Assembly (NCBI GenBank): GCA_014190575.1
Contig: BJGQ01000011.1
Location: 5,009 to 69,008 of the forward strand
Length of the DNA: 64,000 nucleotides
DNA from: Bacteroidota bacterium
GTDB taxonomy: Bacteria; Bacteroidota; Bacteroidia; Chitinophagales; UBA10324
Reading direction: 5' to 3'
Shown: positions 8,743 to 17,145 of the stretch, piece after piece
Layout of the letters: every line of letters starts with the position of its first letter
How positions within the stretch are numbered: the first letter of the stretch is position 1
The notes under the pieces: model-generated
Databases searched by the model: none
Told to the model about the DNA's origin: nothing
The model's input: only the letters and a program-made list of their open reading frames with translations
Position numbers and translations under genes: made by a program

Positions 8743-10950
8743 ATGCAAAAAAACATTTTTAATTCACTCACCTTTTCTTGCTTTACAGTTATTTTTTTAT
8801 TTTTTGTCAATCCTGTTTTCGCTCAACAACAAATTTCTATTCCTGACATATGGCAGAACTACAAATTTGTTCCGGCAGGTGTTGATGGTTTCACTCCGTT
8901 GAATGATGGTGAACATTATGCAAGTGTTGATGCTGATGTAAATGGTATTCCGGCTATTTATGTTTACGATTATAAAACGGCTGCAAAGACCGATTCCATT
9001 TTCACTGTAAAACGAGATGTGCCTTCCGACTCTGCAAAGAATTTTTCATTGGGAAGCTTTTCCTTCGACAAAAATCAGGAGCACATATTGATTCCAACAC
9101 GAACAGATAAAATATATCGCCGGAGTTCAACAGCGCTCTACTACATTTTCGATTTAAAAAAGAAAACATTGACTGCACTCAGTACAAACGGTAAACAAAG
9201 CAGTCCTGCTTTTTCTGCTGATGGAAAAAAAGTTGCCTTCGTGCGCGACAATAATTTATTTATAAAAGATTTAGAAACAGGAATTGAAAAGCAAGTAACC
9301 ACTGACGGAAAAAAGAATTTCTTTATCAACGGAATTTGTGATTGGGTGTATGAAGAAGAGTTTGGATTTGTTCAGGCATTTCAATGGAGCCCTGATGGAA
9401 ACACTTTGGCATTTTATCATTTTGATGAGAGTTTGGTTCCGGAATACACGGTTCAGTTTTTTAATGATTTGTATCCCGAAAATTATACTTACAAGTATCC
9501 AAAGGCCGGAGAAAAAAATTCGGTGGTTGAAATCTATTTATACAATGTTCACTCAGGTAATACTGTGAAAGGAGATGTTGGTGCTGAACAAGACCAATAC
9601 ATTCCGCGCATCAAGTGGACGAATGATGCAAATGCACTTTGCATTTTCAGAATGAACCGGCTTCAGAATAAATTAGAATTGTTGCTGGCTGATGCTGCAA
9701 CCGGAAACACATCGGTGATGATGACAGAGGAGAACAAAAAATACATTAACATTCATGACAACCTCACTTTCTTAAACGGCAACAAACAATTTATATGGAC
9801 ATCGCAGAAAGATGGATACAATCATATTTATATCTATGGATTTGATGGGAAAATTAAAACACAAGTAACAACCGGTAAGTGGGATGTAACTGCTTTTTAT
9901 GGAGTAGATGAAAAAAACGGATTGATTTATTATCAAAGTGCGGAAGAATCTCCATTGCGCAGGTATGTGTATTCGATAAAATTGGATGGCACAGATAAAA
10001 CGAAGTTAACTACCGATGCAGGTACTAACAACGCAAAATTCAACAGCACCTTTACTTATTTTCTTCGTGATCATAGTGATGCGAACACCGCTGCTGATTA
10101 TGCTATTTGCAAATCAGATGGAAGAGTGGTGAAAGTTTTGGAAGACAATTCAGCTTTCAAAAAAATGATTGCAGATTATCAATTGAGTAAAAAAGAATTT
10201 TTCACTTTCAAATTGGATGATGGAACCGAATTGAATGGTTGGATTATAAAGCCTAAAGGATTTAAAGCCAATAAAAAATATCCGGTGTTCATGACTTGTT
10301 ATGGTGGACCGGGAAGTCAGCAGGTTTTGGATAGTTATGATGCATTCGGCACAATGGATTTTAATTACTTGGCACAGCATGGATACATTGTAGCATGTGT
10401 CGACAACAGAGGTACAGGAGCACGCGGTGAAGAATTTGAAAAAATCACTTACCTGCAATTAGGAAAAATTGAAACAATGGATCAGGCATCAGCCGCAAAA
10501 TATTTAGGAACACTTCCATACATTGATGCAACACGAATTGGTATGATGGGCTGGAGTTACGGAGGATTCATGGCTTTGATGTGCATTAGCAACTATCCCG
10601 ATATATTTAAGTCAGCTGTATCAGTAGCACCGGTTACCAACTGGAAATTTTATGACAGCATATATACTGAACGATACATGCGAACACCAAAAGAAAATAA
10701 AGATGGTTACGATAAAATTGCGCCGCTGAGTTCTGCTGCAAACATTCGCGGAAAACTTTTATTGGTTGCAGGTTTGGCTGACGACAATGTACATTATCAG
10801 AACACTGCAGAAATGTTAAAGGCATTGTATAAAAATAATGTGGTGTTCACGCAAATGACTTTCCCCGATAAGAATCATGGAATCTCAGGGGGAAACACGC
10901 GAGCTTATTTATTTACACAGATGTATAATTGGACATTTAATAATTTGTAA
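8743..10950 (+). CDS. dipeptidyl-peptidase IV (S9B family serine peptidase)
   Basis: N-terminal beta-propeller region (WSPDG, FVRDNNLF) and C-terminal hydrolase with GWSYGG nucleophile, DDNVH and NH. Length 735 aa with a signal peptide. Confidence 0.9.
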   Translation: MQKNIFNSLTFSCFTVIFLFFVNPVFAQQQISIPDIWQNYKFVPAGVDGFTPLNDGEHYASVDADVNGIPAIYVYDYKTAAKTDSIFTVKRDVPSDSAKNFSLGSFSFDKNQEHILIPTRTDKIYRRSSTALYYIFDLKKKTLTALSTNGKQSSPAFSADGKKVAFVRDNNLFIKDLETGIEKQVTTDGKKNFFINGICDWVYEEEFGFVQAFQWSPDGNTLAFYHFDESLVPEYTVQFFNDLYPENYTYKYPKAGEKNSVVEIYLYNVHSGNTVKGDVGAEQDQYIPRIKWTNDANALCIFRMNRLQNKLELLLADAATGNTSVMMTEENKKYINIHDNLTFLNGNKQFIWTSQKDGYNHIYIYGFDGKIKTQVTTGKWDVTAFYGVDEKNGLIYYQSAEESPLRRYVYSIKLDGTDKTKLTTDAGTNNAKFNSTFTYFLRDHSDANTAADYAICKSDGRVVKVLEDNSAFKKMIADYQLSKKEFFTFKLDDGTELNGWIIKPKGFKANKKYPVFMTCYGGPGSQQVLDSYDAFGTMDFNYLAQHGYIVACVDNRGTGARGEEFEKITYLQLGKIETMDQASAAKYLGTLPYIDATRIGMMGWSYGGFMALMCISNYPDIFKSAVSVAPVTNWKFYDSIYTERYMRTPKENKDGYDKIAPLSSAANIRGKLLLVAGLADDNVHYQNTAEMLKALYKNNVVFTQMTFPDKNHGISGGNTRAYLFTQMYNWTFNNL

Positions 10951-11034
10951 TAATTGTTTTAAAATTAGGCAGGCTCATTTCTTTTTTTACTTTTATCACT
11001 GAACAAAAAAACTAAAACCACCACTCATTAAATT

Positions 11035-12804
11035 ATGAGCAACACAACATCAAATTCTCACCCGCGCGGATTGTATTTATTGTTCTTCACCGAAATGTGG
11101 GAACGATTCAGTTACTACGGCATGCGCGCCATCTTCATTTTGTTTATGACCAAGGCATTGTTCATTGACAAAGCACTGGCATCAAATATTTATGGCAGCT
11201 ACACCGGACTGGTTTACCTCACTCCGTTGTTAGGCGGATACATTGCCGATAAATTCTGGGGAAACAGAAGAAGTATTTTAGTTGGCGGACTGCTGATGGC
11301 ATGCGGTCAGTTTATGATGTTCATGAGTGGCAGTGCAGTTATTGATGGTGCGCAAAGTGCATCTGCAATGTCATTCATGTGGGCCGGATTAACATTTCTA
11401 ATTATTGGAAACGGATTTTTCAAACCAAATATTTCAACTATGGTAGGTCAGTTGTATTCGAAAGGTGACCATCGAATTGATAGTGCATTCACCATTTTTT
11501 ACATGGGAATAAATATGGGCGCTTTCTTTTCACCACTCGTTTGCGGAACATTAGCTGTAATGAATGGCTCTATTCACGATTATCGTTTTGGTTTCTTGGC
11601 CGCTGCAATCGGAATGGTTGTGAGTACTATTTCATTTGAAATTCTAAAAAACAAGCACCTGAAAGACCCTGATGGTAATCCGATTGGAATGCCTAAAGCC
11701 CCAATGGATATGAAAACCTACAGTGTAATACTCGGTTCCATTGCATTCATTTTTGGGCTGTTGAATTTTAAAATGATTGTGTCAACCATTTTTGGTGCTA
11801 CAGCAGTTGCAGATATTACTTCGGTTGCACATTCCATTTCAGAACTTGACCCTATTGCTTACCTTATTTATGGTTCATTGGTTATAGTACCATTCATATT
11901 GCTTAGTAATAAATCACTCACCAAAGATGAACGCGAACGGATTATTGTAATTTTTATTCTTGCTTTTTTCGTCATCTTTTTCTGGGCGTGTTTCGAACAG
12001 GCAGGCGCATCGCTTACACTTTTTGCTGATTCGCAGGTTGACCTTGCTATAAGTCTTACAATAAATAAATATTTTATTCTGGGAGCTGCTGCACTGTTAT
12101 TGTTCTTTTTAGGAAAAGCATTTGGTTGGTTTTTCGAATGGAGTAAAACAATGATTATGGGCGTGCAGGGAATCACTATTGCAATAGTTGCAGCATTAAC
12201 CTTCATGGGAAAAATTAATGATTTTCACATGGATGAATTTCCGGCTTCGTGGTTTCAATCAATAAATCCGTTAGCCATTATTTTACTGGCTCCTGTATTT
12301 GCAGTGATGTGGGGGAAACTTGCTAAAGTGAATATGGAACCATCGTCGCCAATAAAAATGGCAATGGGATTAGCTTTGGTTGCTTTAGGATATGTAATAA
12401 TTGCTTATGCCGTTCATGGCGTTGATTCACAAACCAAGATTGCAATGTTCTGGTTATTTGCTTTGTACATCGTGCACACAATGGGCGAACTTTGTTTATC
12501 ACCAATTGGATTAAGTATGGTAAGTAAACTAGCACCAATTCGTTTATCGTCGTTATTGATGGGGACCTGGTTTCTAGCCAATGCCGCTGCAAATAAATTT
12601 ACAGGAACTCTTTCAGCATTGATTCCTCCGGGTGCTGGCGAAACTCCTGCAGAAGCTGGTGCAAAAATTCCATCGTTCCTTGGAGTAGAAATAAATAACT
12701 TATTTATTTTCTTCTGTGTGTTTATTGTTTTGAGTGGAACAGCATCCATCATTTTACTTTCAATGTACAGATGGTTAGTAAAGAGAATGCATGGTGTGAA
12801 ATAA
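11035..12804 (+). CDS. POT/PTR2 family proton-dependent di/tripeptide transporter
   Basis: ERFSYYGMRAIFILFM and GGYIADKFWGNRR signature motifs. Many transmembrane helices. Confidence 0.9.
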   Translation: MSNTTSNSHPRGLYLLFFTEMWERFSYYGMRAIFILFMTKALFIDKALASNIYGSYTGLVYLTPLLGGYIADKFWGNRRSILVGGLLMACGQFMMFMSGSAVIDGAQSASAMSFMWAGLTFLIIGNGFFKPNISTMVGQLYSKGDHRIDSAFTIFYMGINMGAFFSPLVCGTLAVMNGSIHDYRFGFLAAAIGMVVSTISFEILKNKHLKDPDGNPIGMPKAPMDMKTYSVILGSIAFIFGLLNFKMIVSTIFGATAVADITSVAHSISELDPIAYLIYGSLVIVPFILLSNKSLTKDERERIIVIFILAFFVIFFWACFEQAGASLTLFADSQVDLAISLTINKYFILGAAALLLFFLGKAFGWFFEWSKTMIMGVQGITIAIVAALTFMGKINDFHMDEFPASWFQSINPLAIILLAPVFAVMWGKLAKVNMEPSSPIKMAMGLALVALGYVIIAYAVHGVDSQTKIAMFWLFALYIVHTMGELCLSPIGLSMVSKLAPIRLSSLLMGTWFLANAAANKFTGTLSALIPPGAGETPAEAGAKIPSFLGVEINNLFIFFCVFIVLSGTASIILLSMYRWLVKRMHGVK

Positions 12805-12826
12805 TTTTTTTGAGATAAAATTTCAA

Positions 12827-12861
12827 AGCCGTTCAGAAAAAATTCTGAGCGGCTTTTTTAT
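12827..12861 (+). terminator. intrinsic terminator after the POT transporter
   Basis: AGCCGTTCAGAA-aaaa-TTCTGAGCGGCT stem (one G-U pair) followed by TTTTTTA. Confidence 0.75.
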
Positions 12862-12905
12862 TTCCAATGATTTAATAAAATTATCTTTCGAAAAAAATTG
12901 CTTCC

Positions 12906-13388
12906 ATGAAAATTCAATTGTTGTTTTCAATTTTAATTTCTTCCTGTTTTACTTTCAGTTGCTCCAATGGGAATAATTTTTCAAAAGAAGAAATGGAAAA
13001 AGCAAAATCAGAGATCAGAAAAACAGATTCGCTGTTTTGTGGTTACTCAATAGAAAATGGCTTTGCAAAAGCGTTGATTGCATTTGCAGATTCGGAAGTT
13101 ATAAAATTAAATGATGGAGAAAATCCGATTTACGGAATTGAAAAACTGAAAGAAAAATTAGCAGGAAAAGAAAAAGATGGAACTGTTATTTCATGGAAAC
13201 CTATAAAAGTTGAGGTCGGATTATCAGGGGATCTTGGTTACAGTTTCGGAAACTGGGAATATAAAACTACTACTGAAAAAGGTGATACCATTTATTATGG
13301 AAATTATTTCACTGAATGGAAAAAACAAAAAGACGGTTCGTGGAAATATGTTTTGGATGGCGGAAACAACACGCCAAAACCTGAATAA
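12906..13388 (+). CDS. lipoprotein, probable DUF4440/SnoaL-like (NTF2 fold)
   Basis: Lipobox FTFSCSNG. The C-terminal YYGNYFTEWKKQKDGSWKYVLDGGN is typical of NTF2-like DUF4440 proteins. Confidence 0.45.
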   Translation: MKIQLLFSILISSCFTFSCSNGNNFSKEEMEKAKSEIRKTDSLFCGYSIENGFAKALIAFADSEVIKLNDGENPIYGIEKLKEKLAGKEKDGTVISWKPIKVEVGLSGDLGYSFGNWEYKTTTEKGDTIYYGNYFTEWKKQKDGSWKYVLDGGNNTPKPE

Positions 13389-13410
13389 ATAGATGAAATA
13401 AAGGAAATAA

Positions 13411-13442
13411 AAAAAGTCCTCCAAAGAATCGGAGGACTTTTT
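13411..13442. terminator. bidirectional terminator between the convergent lipoprotein gene and rpmE
   Basis: AAAAAGTCCTCC-aaagaatc-GGAGGACTTTTT. The A and T runs give a U-tract on both strands. Confidence 0.75.
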
Positions 13443-13465
13443 CAAAATTGGTTTTGGTTTGATAA

Positions 13466-13714
13466 TTATTTTTTTGCGTAACGCTTGTTGAATTTATCAA
13501 TACGACCTGCAGTATCAATCAACTTCATTTTACCGGTAAAAAACGGATGTGAAGTATTAGAAATTTCAAGCTTGATTAAAGGATATTCTTTTCCGTCTTC
13601 CCACTGTACTGTTTCTTTTGTTTGCACACAGCTGCGGCTCATGAACATGTCATTATTCGACATATCTTTAAATATAACAAAACGATAATTTTCGGGGTGA
13701 ATGCCTGCTTTCAT
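13466..13714 (-). CDS. rpmE: 50S ribosomal protein L31, type B
   Basis: [10 protein letters not shown]...HPFFTG...[10 protein letters not shown]. It lacks the CxxC zinc motif, so it is type B. Confidence 0.9.
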   Translation of the reverse strand: MKAGIHPENYRFVIFKDMSNNDMFMSRSCVQTKETVQWEDGKEYPLIKLEISNTSHPFFTGKMKLIDTAGRIDKFNKRYAKK

Positions 13715-13741
13715 TTGTGATTAATTTTTTTTTGCGGACGG

Positions 13742-13749
13742 CAAATATA
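13742..13749 (-). promoter_or_regulatory. -7 promoter box for rpmE
   Basis: The reverse strand reads TATATTTG, 28 nt upstream of the start. Confidence 0.45.
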
Positions 13750-13889
13750 GCCACCAATTCAAAACTGCCAAATTCTAATGATAATGATTCGTTGATAAAT
13801 GAAAATTGGTGGTTTGAAAGTTTTGAAGATAACTTTAACAAACGCAAAAAATTATGCTGTGGAGAAAATTTAACGGAGATAAAATTAAA

Positions 13890-14324
13890 ATGCCAATAGC
13901 AAAAGCTGTTGAACAGGCAATTATTTATGAAGCCGGATTGGGCAATAAATTAAAAGTTTGTATTGGAACTGATTCGCAGGTGCGTGGAACATTAACCGAG
14001 TTTGCAAGTGTGATAGTTTTTCTGCGAGAAAAGCGTGGAGGTTTTATGTTTATCAATAACGACCGCACAACAATAAAATATTCCATAAAAGAAAGAATGC
14101 TTGAAGAAGTATCGCGTTCGGTTCGTGTGGCATATGATTTATGTAATTTGTTCGACAAGTATGAAGTGGATATGGAAGTGCATGCCGATATAAATACCAA
14201 TCCGAATTTTGAATCAAATTTGGCTTTGCGTGAAGCAATGGGATATATTCTTGGAATGGGTTTCGCCTTCAAAGCAAAACCCGAAGCTTTTGCAAGCAGC
14301 TCTTGCGCGAATAAAGTTGTTTGA
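13890..14324 (+). CDS. YkuK/DUF458-like RNase H-fold protein
   Basis: CIGTDSQV, EVHADIN and GMGFAFKAKPEAFASS match the DUF458 pattern as I remember it. I prefer the ATG at 13890 over the track start at 13854. Confidence 0.6.
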   Translation: MPIAKAVEQAIIYEAGLGNKLKVCIGTDSQVRGTLTEFASVIVFLREKRGGFMFINNDRTTIKYSIKERMLEEVSRSVRVAYDLCNLFDKYEVDMEVHADINTNPNFESNLALREAMGYILGMGFAFKAKPEAFASSSCANKVV

Positions 14325-14459
14325 GAATTTACTTTCATTAATCCTTAATAAATAGCATCATTTTTTTATTAACTGAAAATTAATTTCGGCGAACAATTAT
14401 TTGAGTTTAATGGTTAATAGTTAACAAAATGTTTTTTAAAGATTAAAACATAGAACAAA

Positions 14460-15419
14460 ATGAAACGCAGAGAATTTATAAAAGGATCAGCAATCATTGG
14501 GGCTACCGCATCTGTTCCTTTTTTGTTAAGAGGTGAATCCGGACTATTTGAAACCAAAACCGGACGAAAAGTTTACCGTATTTTAAATGCAAATAAAACA
14601 ATGGTTGGCACACTACCCGTGCTCAGAGCTTTTGCCGGCGATCACAATGATTATGTTTCCCCCTATGTTTTCTTCGATGAGTTTGGTCCGGTTAAAGTGA
14701 ATCCGAATGATAAACCGTTGCGTGTTGATGCTCATCCGCATGCAGGAATTATTCCGACCACTTATTTTCTGGATGGTGCAGGTCATCACAAAGACAGTTT
14801 GAATTACGATTTTCAGATTGGCAAGGGAGATTTTATGATGTTCAGTTCCGGAAGAGGAGCTATTCATATGGAAGAAACCGGACAAAAATTATATGACGAA
14901 GGCGGATTGTATCATGGTTTTCAAATCTGGTTAAACATGCCTTCAAAATTTAAATTCACAGATCCAAACACAGCAGTTCACCGGGGAGATAAAATCGGAA
15001 ACATTGAAACTGAAAAATTTTCTGCTAAAATTATTCTTGGTGAATTGTTCAATGCGAAATCTTCTATTGAAGTAATTTCTCCGACCTTTTATTTTCATAT
15101 TAAAATGAAAGCAGATTGTAAACTGGAAATTCCTGTTAACGCAACGCACAATGCATTTGCTTACCTTGTTGAAGGAGATTTAGAAACCGAAGGTAGAACA
15201 GCGGTGAAACCAAATCAGGTAGTGTTGTATGAAAGAGGTGATAGTTTAATAAACCTGTACAGCAAGGATGGAGCTGAATTGCTATTACTTGGTGGGCAAC
15301 CGCTCAACGAGCCGGTTTATGCATATGGTCCGTTTGTAATGAACACCGAAGATGAAATTAAAAAGTGCTACAGCGATTATCAATCAGGTAAAATGGGAAA
15401 CCCTGATTTGGTGAATTGA
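14460..15419 (+). CDS. pirin family protein with twin-arginine signal
   Basis: MKRREFIKGSAIIGATASVPF is a Tat-type signal. Cupin motifs HPHAGIIPTTYFLDG..H.DS and GFQIWLNMP are present. Confidence 0.8.
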   Translation: MKRREFIKGSAIIGATASVPFLLRGESGLFETKTGRKVYRILNANKTMVGTLPVLRAFAGDHNDYVSPYVFFDEFGPVKVNPNDKPLRVDAHPHAGIIPTTYFLDGAGHHKDSLNYDFQIGKGDFMMFSSGRGAIHMEETGQKLYDEGGLYHGFQIWLNMPSKFKFTDPNTAVHRGDKIGNIETEKFSAKIILGELFNAKSSIEVISPTFYFHIKMKADCKLEIPVNATHNAFAYLVEGDLETEGRTAVKPNQVVLYERGDSLINLYSKDGAELLLLGGQPLNEPVYAYGPFVMNTEDEIKKCYSDYQSGKMGNPDLVN

Positions 15420-15435
15420 TTTCTTTTATTCGGCT

Positions 15436-16665
15436 CTAAAAACTCGCAGTAAACAACAAATTCAAATCGGTATATTTTATTTTAAAGTGCTGACTCAAAT
15501 GATAATTGGTGAGAGAGCCTTTATAAATATAAACCCCGTGTCGGGTATTCTCATTCATATAAAGAAGTTTTTCGAAGCCGCCGAAATTTGCAGCTTCGAG
15601 TAAAGCAGGAGTCAACACATTACTTATGGCGATGGATGCAGTGCGCGGCACACGACTCGCAATGTTCGGTACGCAGTAATGAATGACATCGTACTTTTTA
15701 AAAAACGGCTTGTCGTGACTTGTAACTTCTGAAGTTTCAAAACAACCTCCCTGGTCAATACTCACATCAACAATTACCGAACCTGCCTTCATACCTTCAA
15801 CCATATTCTCTGTTACAACCATTGGAGTAGAACCTGATTTGCTGTGAATGGCACCAATTGCAACATCAGCATGTTTCAGTGCATCAGCCAAGGTGTGTTC
15901 GTGAAAAATGGATGTGTAAACACGATGACCAATATTGTTTTGCAGTTGTTTCAGTTTGTAAATGCTATTGTCGAATATTTTTACTTCAGCACCCAATCCA
16001 AGTGCAGTTCGTGCAGCATATTCACCAACAGTACCAGCGCCTAATATCACAACTGATGCAGGTGGAACTCCTGTAATACCACCAAGTAAAACTCCTTTTC
16101 CATCTTTTCTGTTTCCAAGATATTCAGCAGCAATAAGTACCGAAGTGTTTCCCGCGATTTCACTCATCGATCGAACAATTGGAAACATGTGCGAAGCATC
16201 CTTAATGTATTCAAAAGCGATAGCAGTTACTTTTTTAAACATCAGTTGATGAATAATATCCTGACTTAGCGTAGGTAGATGAATAGGAGAGATGATGGTT
16301 TGATTCATGCTCATCATATTAATTTCCTCCGACGATGGAGGACCTGATTTTATAATGATGTGGGCCTTATTATAAACCTCCTCGTTGGTAATTGCAATCT
16401 CAGCTCCTGCTTCGGAATAATCAGTGTCGTAAATATGGGCGTTGTCGCCTGCCTTTGATTGAATAATCACCTGGTGACCATTGTTCACCAACACAGCTAC
16501 AGACTCGGGAGTAAGTGGTACTCGATTCTCCTGAAACAAAGTTTCTTTAGGCACACCAATGCTCAAACTACCACCCCTTCGGCGCACTTCAACCATCAGC
16601 TCCTGCGGCTGCATACTCATTTGCGCCACAGCCTGCGCTCCCTTTATTTTTTTCTCATCAGCCAT
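15436..16665 (-). CDS. ald: alanine dehydrogenase family protein
   Basis: IGVPKE..ENRVPLTPESV N-terminal domain and Rossmann motif VILGAGTVGEYAA. It has a ~35 aa N-terminal extension relative to typical Ald. Confidence 0.75.
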   Translation of the reverse strand: MADEKKIKGAQAVAQMSMQPQELMVEVRRRGGSLSIGVPKETLFQENRVPLTPESVAVLVNNGHQVIIQSKAGDNAHIYDTDYSEAGAEIAITNEEVYNKAHIIIKSGPPSSEEINMMSMNQTIISPIHLPTLSQDIIHQLMFKKVTAIAFEYIKDASHMFPIVRSMSEIAGNTSVLIAAEYLGNRKDGKGVLLGGITGVPPASVVILGAGTVGEYAARTALGLGAEVKIFDNSIYKLKQLQNNIGHRVYTSIFHEHTLADALKHADVAIGAIHSKSGSTPMVVTENMVEGMKAGSVIVDVSIDQGGCFETSEVTSHDKPFFKKYDVIHYCVPNIASRVPRTASIAISNVLTPALLEAANFGGFEKLLYMNENTRHGVYIYKGSLTNYHLSQHFKIKYTDLNLLFTASF

Positions 16666-16668
16666 TGC

Positions 16669-17139
16669 TCAATCGGTTTTTATAGTTCTTGAATTTTCTT
16701 CATCACTTAATTCCAATCTCAGATTAACAGCTGATGAAGGTAAAAAAGGTTCTGCTAATTCAGGCCATTCAATAAAACAAAATGCATCATCAGCTAAATA
16801 TTCTTCAAACCCGATGTCTAATAATTCTTCCGCATTTTTCAATCTGTACAAATCAAAATGATAAATCTTATCGCTGTATTCAAGTCCCTCTCTTTGGGAG
16901 AGGGATTTAGGGTGAGGCTGAACTTTATATTCATTCACCAATGAAAAAGTAGGGCTCACTGCTTCCTCTGTTACACCAAGTGCTTTACAAAAACTTTTTA
17001 CCAATGTGGTTTTACCTACTCCCATTTCGCCATATAAGGCAAATATTTTTTGCTCCGGAAAGTGTTTTAATATTTCAACAGCAACAATATTCCAGTCTTC
17101 TAACTTTTTTACTTTCCAATCTTTCGAACTTTCAAACAT
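16669..17139 (-). CDS. tsaE: tRNA t6A37 biosynthesis ATPase TsaE, with an internal insertion
   Basis: GEMGVGKTTLVK P-loop, SPTFSLVNEY and YHFDLYRL. About 12-14 extra residues (PHPKSLSQREGLEY) sit between the last two motifs. Confidence 0.85.
   Translation of the reverse strand: MFESSKDWKVKKLEDWNIVAVEILKHFPEQKIFALYGEMGVGKTTLVKSFCKALGVTEEAVSPTFSLVNEYKVQPHPKSLSQREGLEYSDKIYHFDLYRLKNAEELLDIGFEEYLADDAFCFIEWPELAEPFLPSSAVNLRLELSDEENSRTIKTD
16886..16904. repeat. palindromic element inside tsaE
   Basis: CCCTCTC-tttgg-GAGAGGG followed by ATTTAGGGTGAGG. It is translated in frame as PHPKSLSQREGL. Confidence 0.6.
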
Positions 17140-17145
17140 GCTTTA

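Noticed and set aside
16908-16917. The 10-mer TAGGGTGAGG is shared between the tsaE insert and the 19464-19473 intergenic region, as possible evidence for one repeat family.
   Set aside because: In 64 kb read on both strands, thousands of 10-mer coincidences are expected by chance. The match does not extend beyond 10 nt, so it carries no weight by itself.
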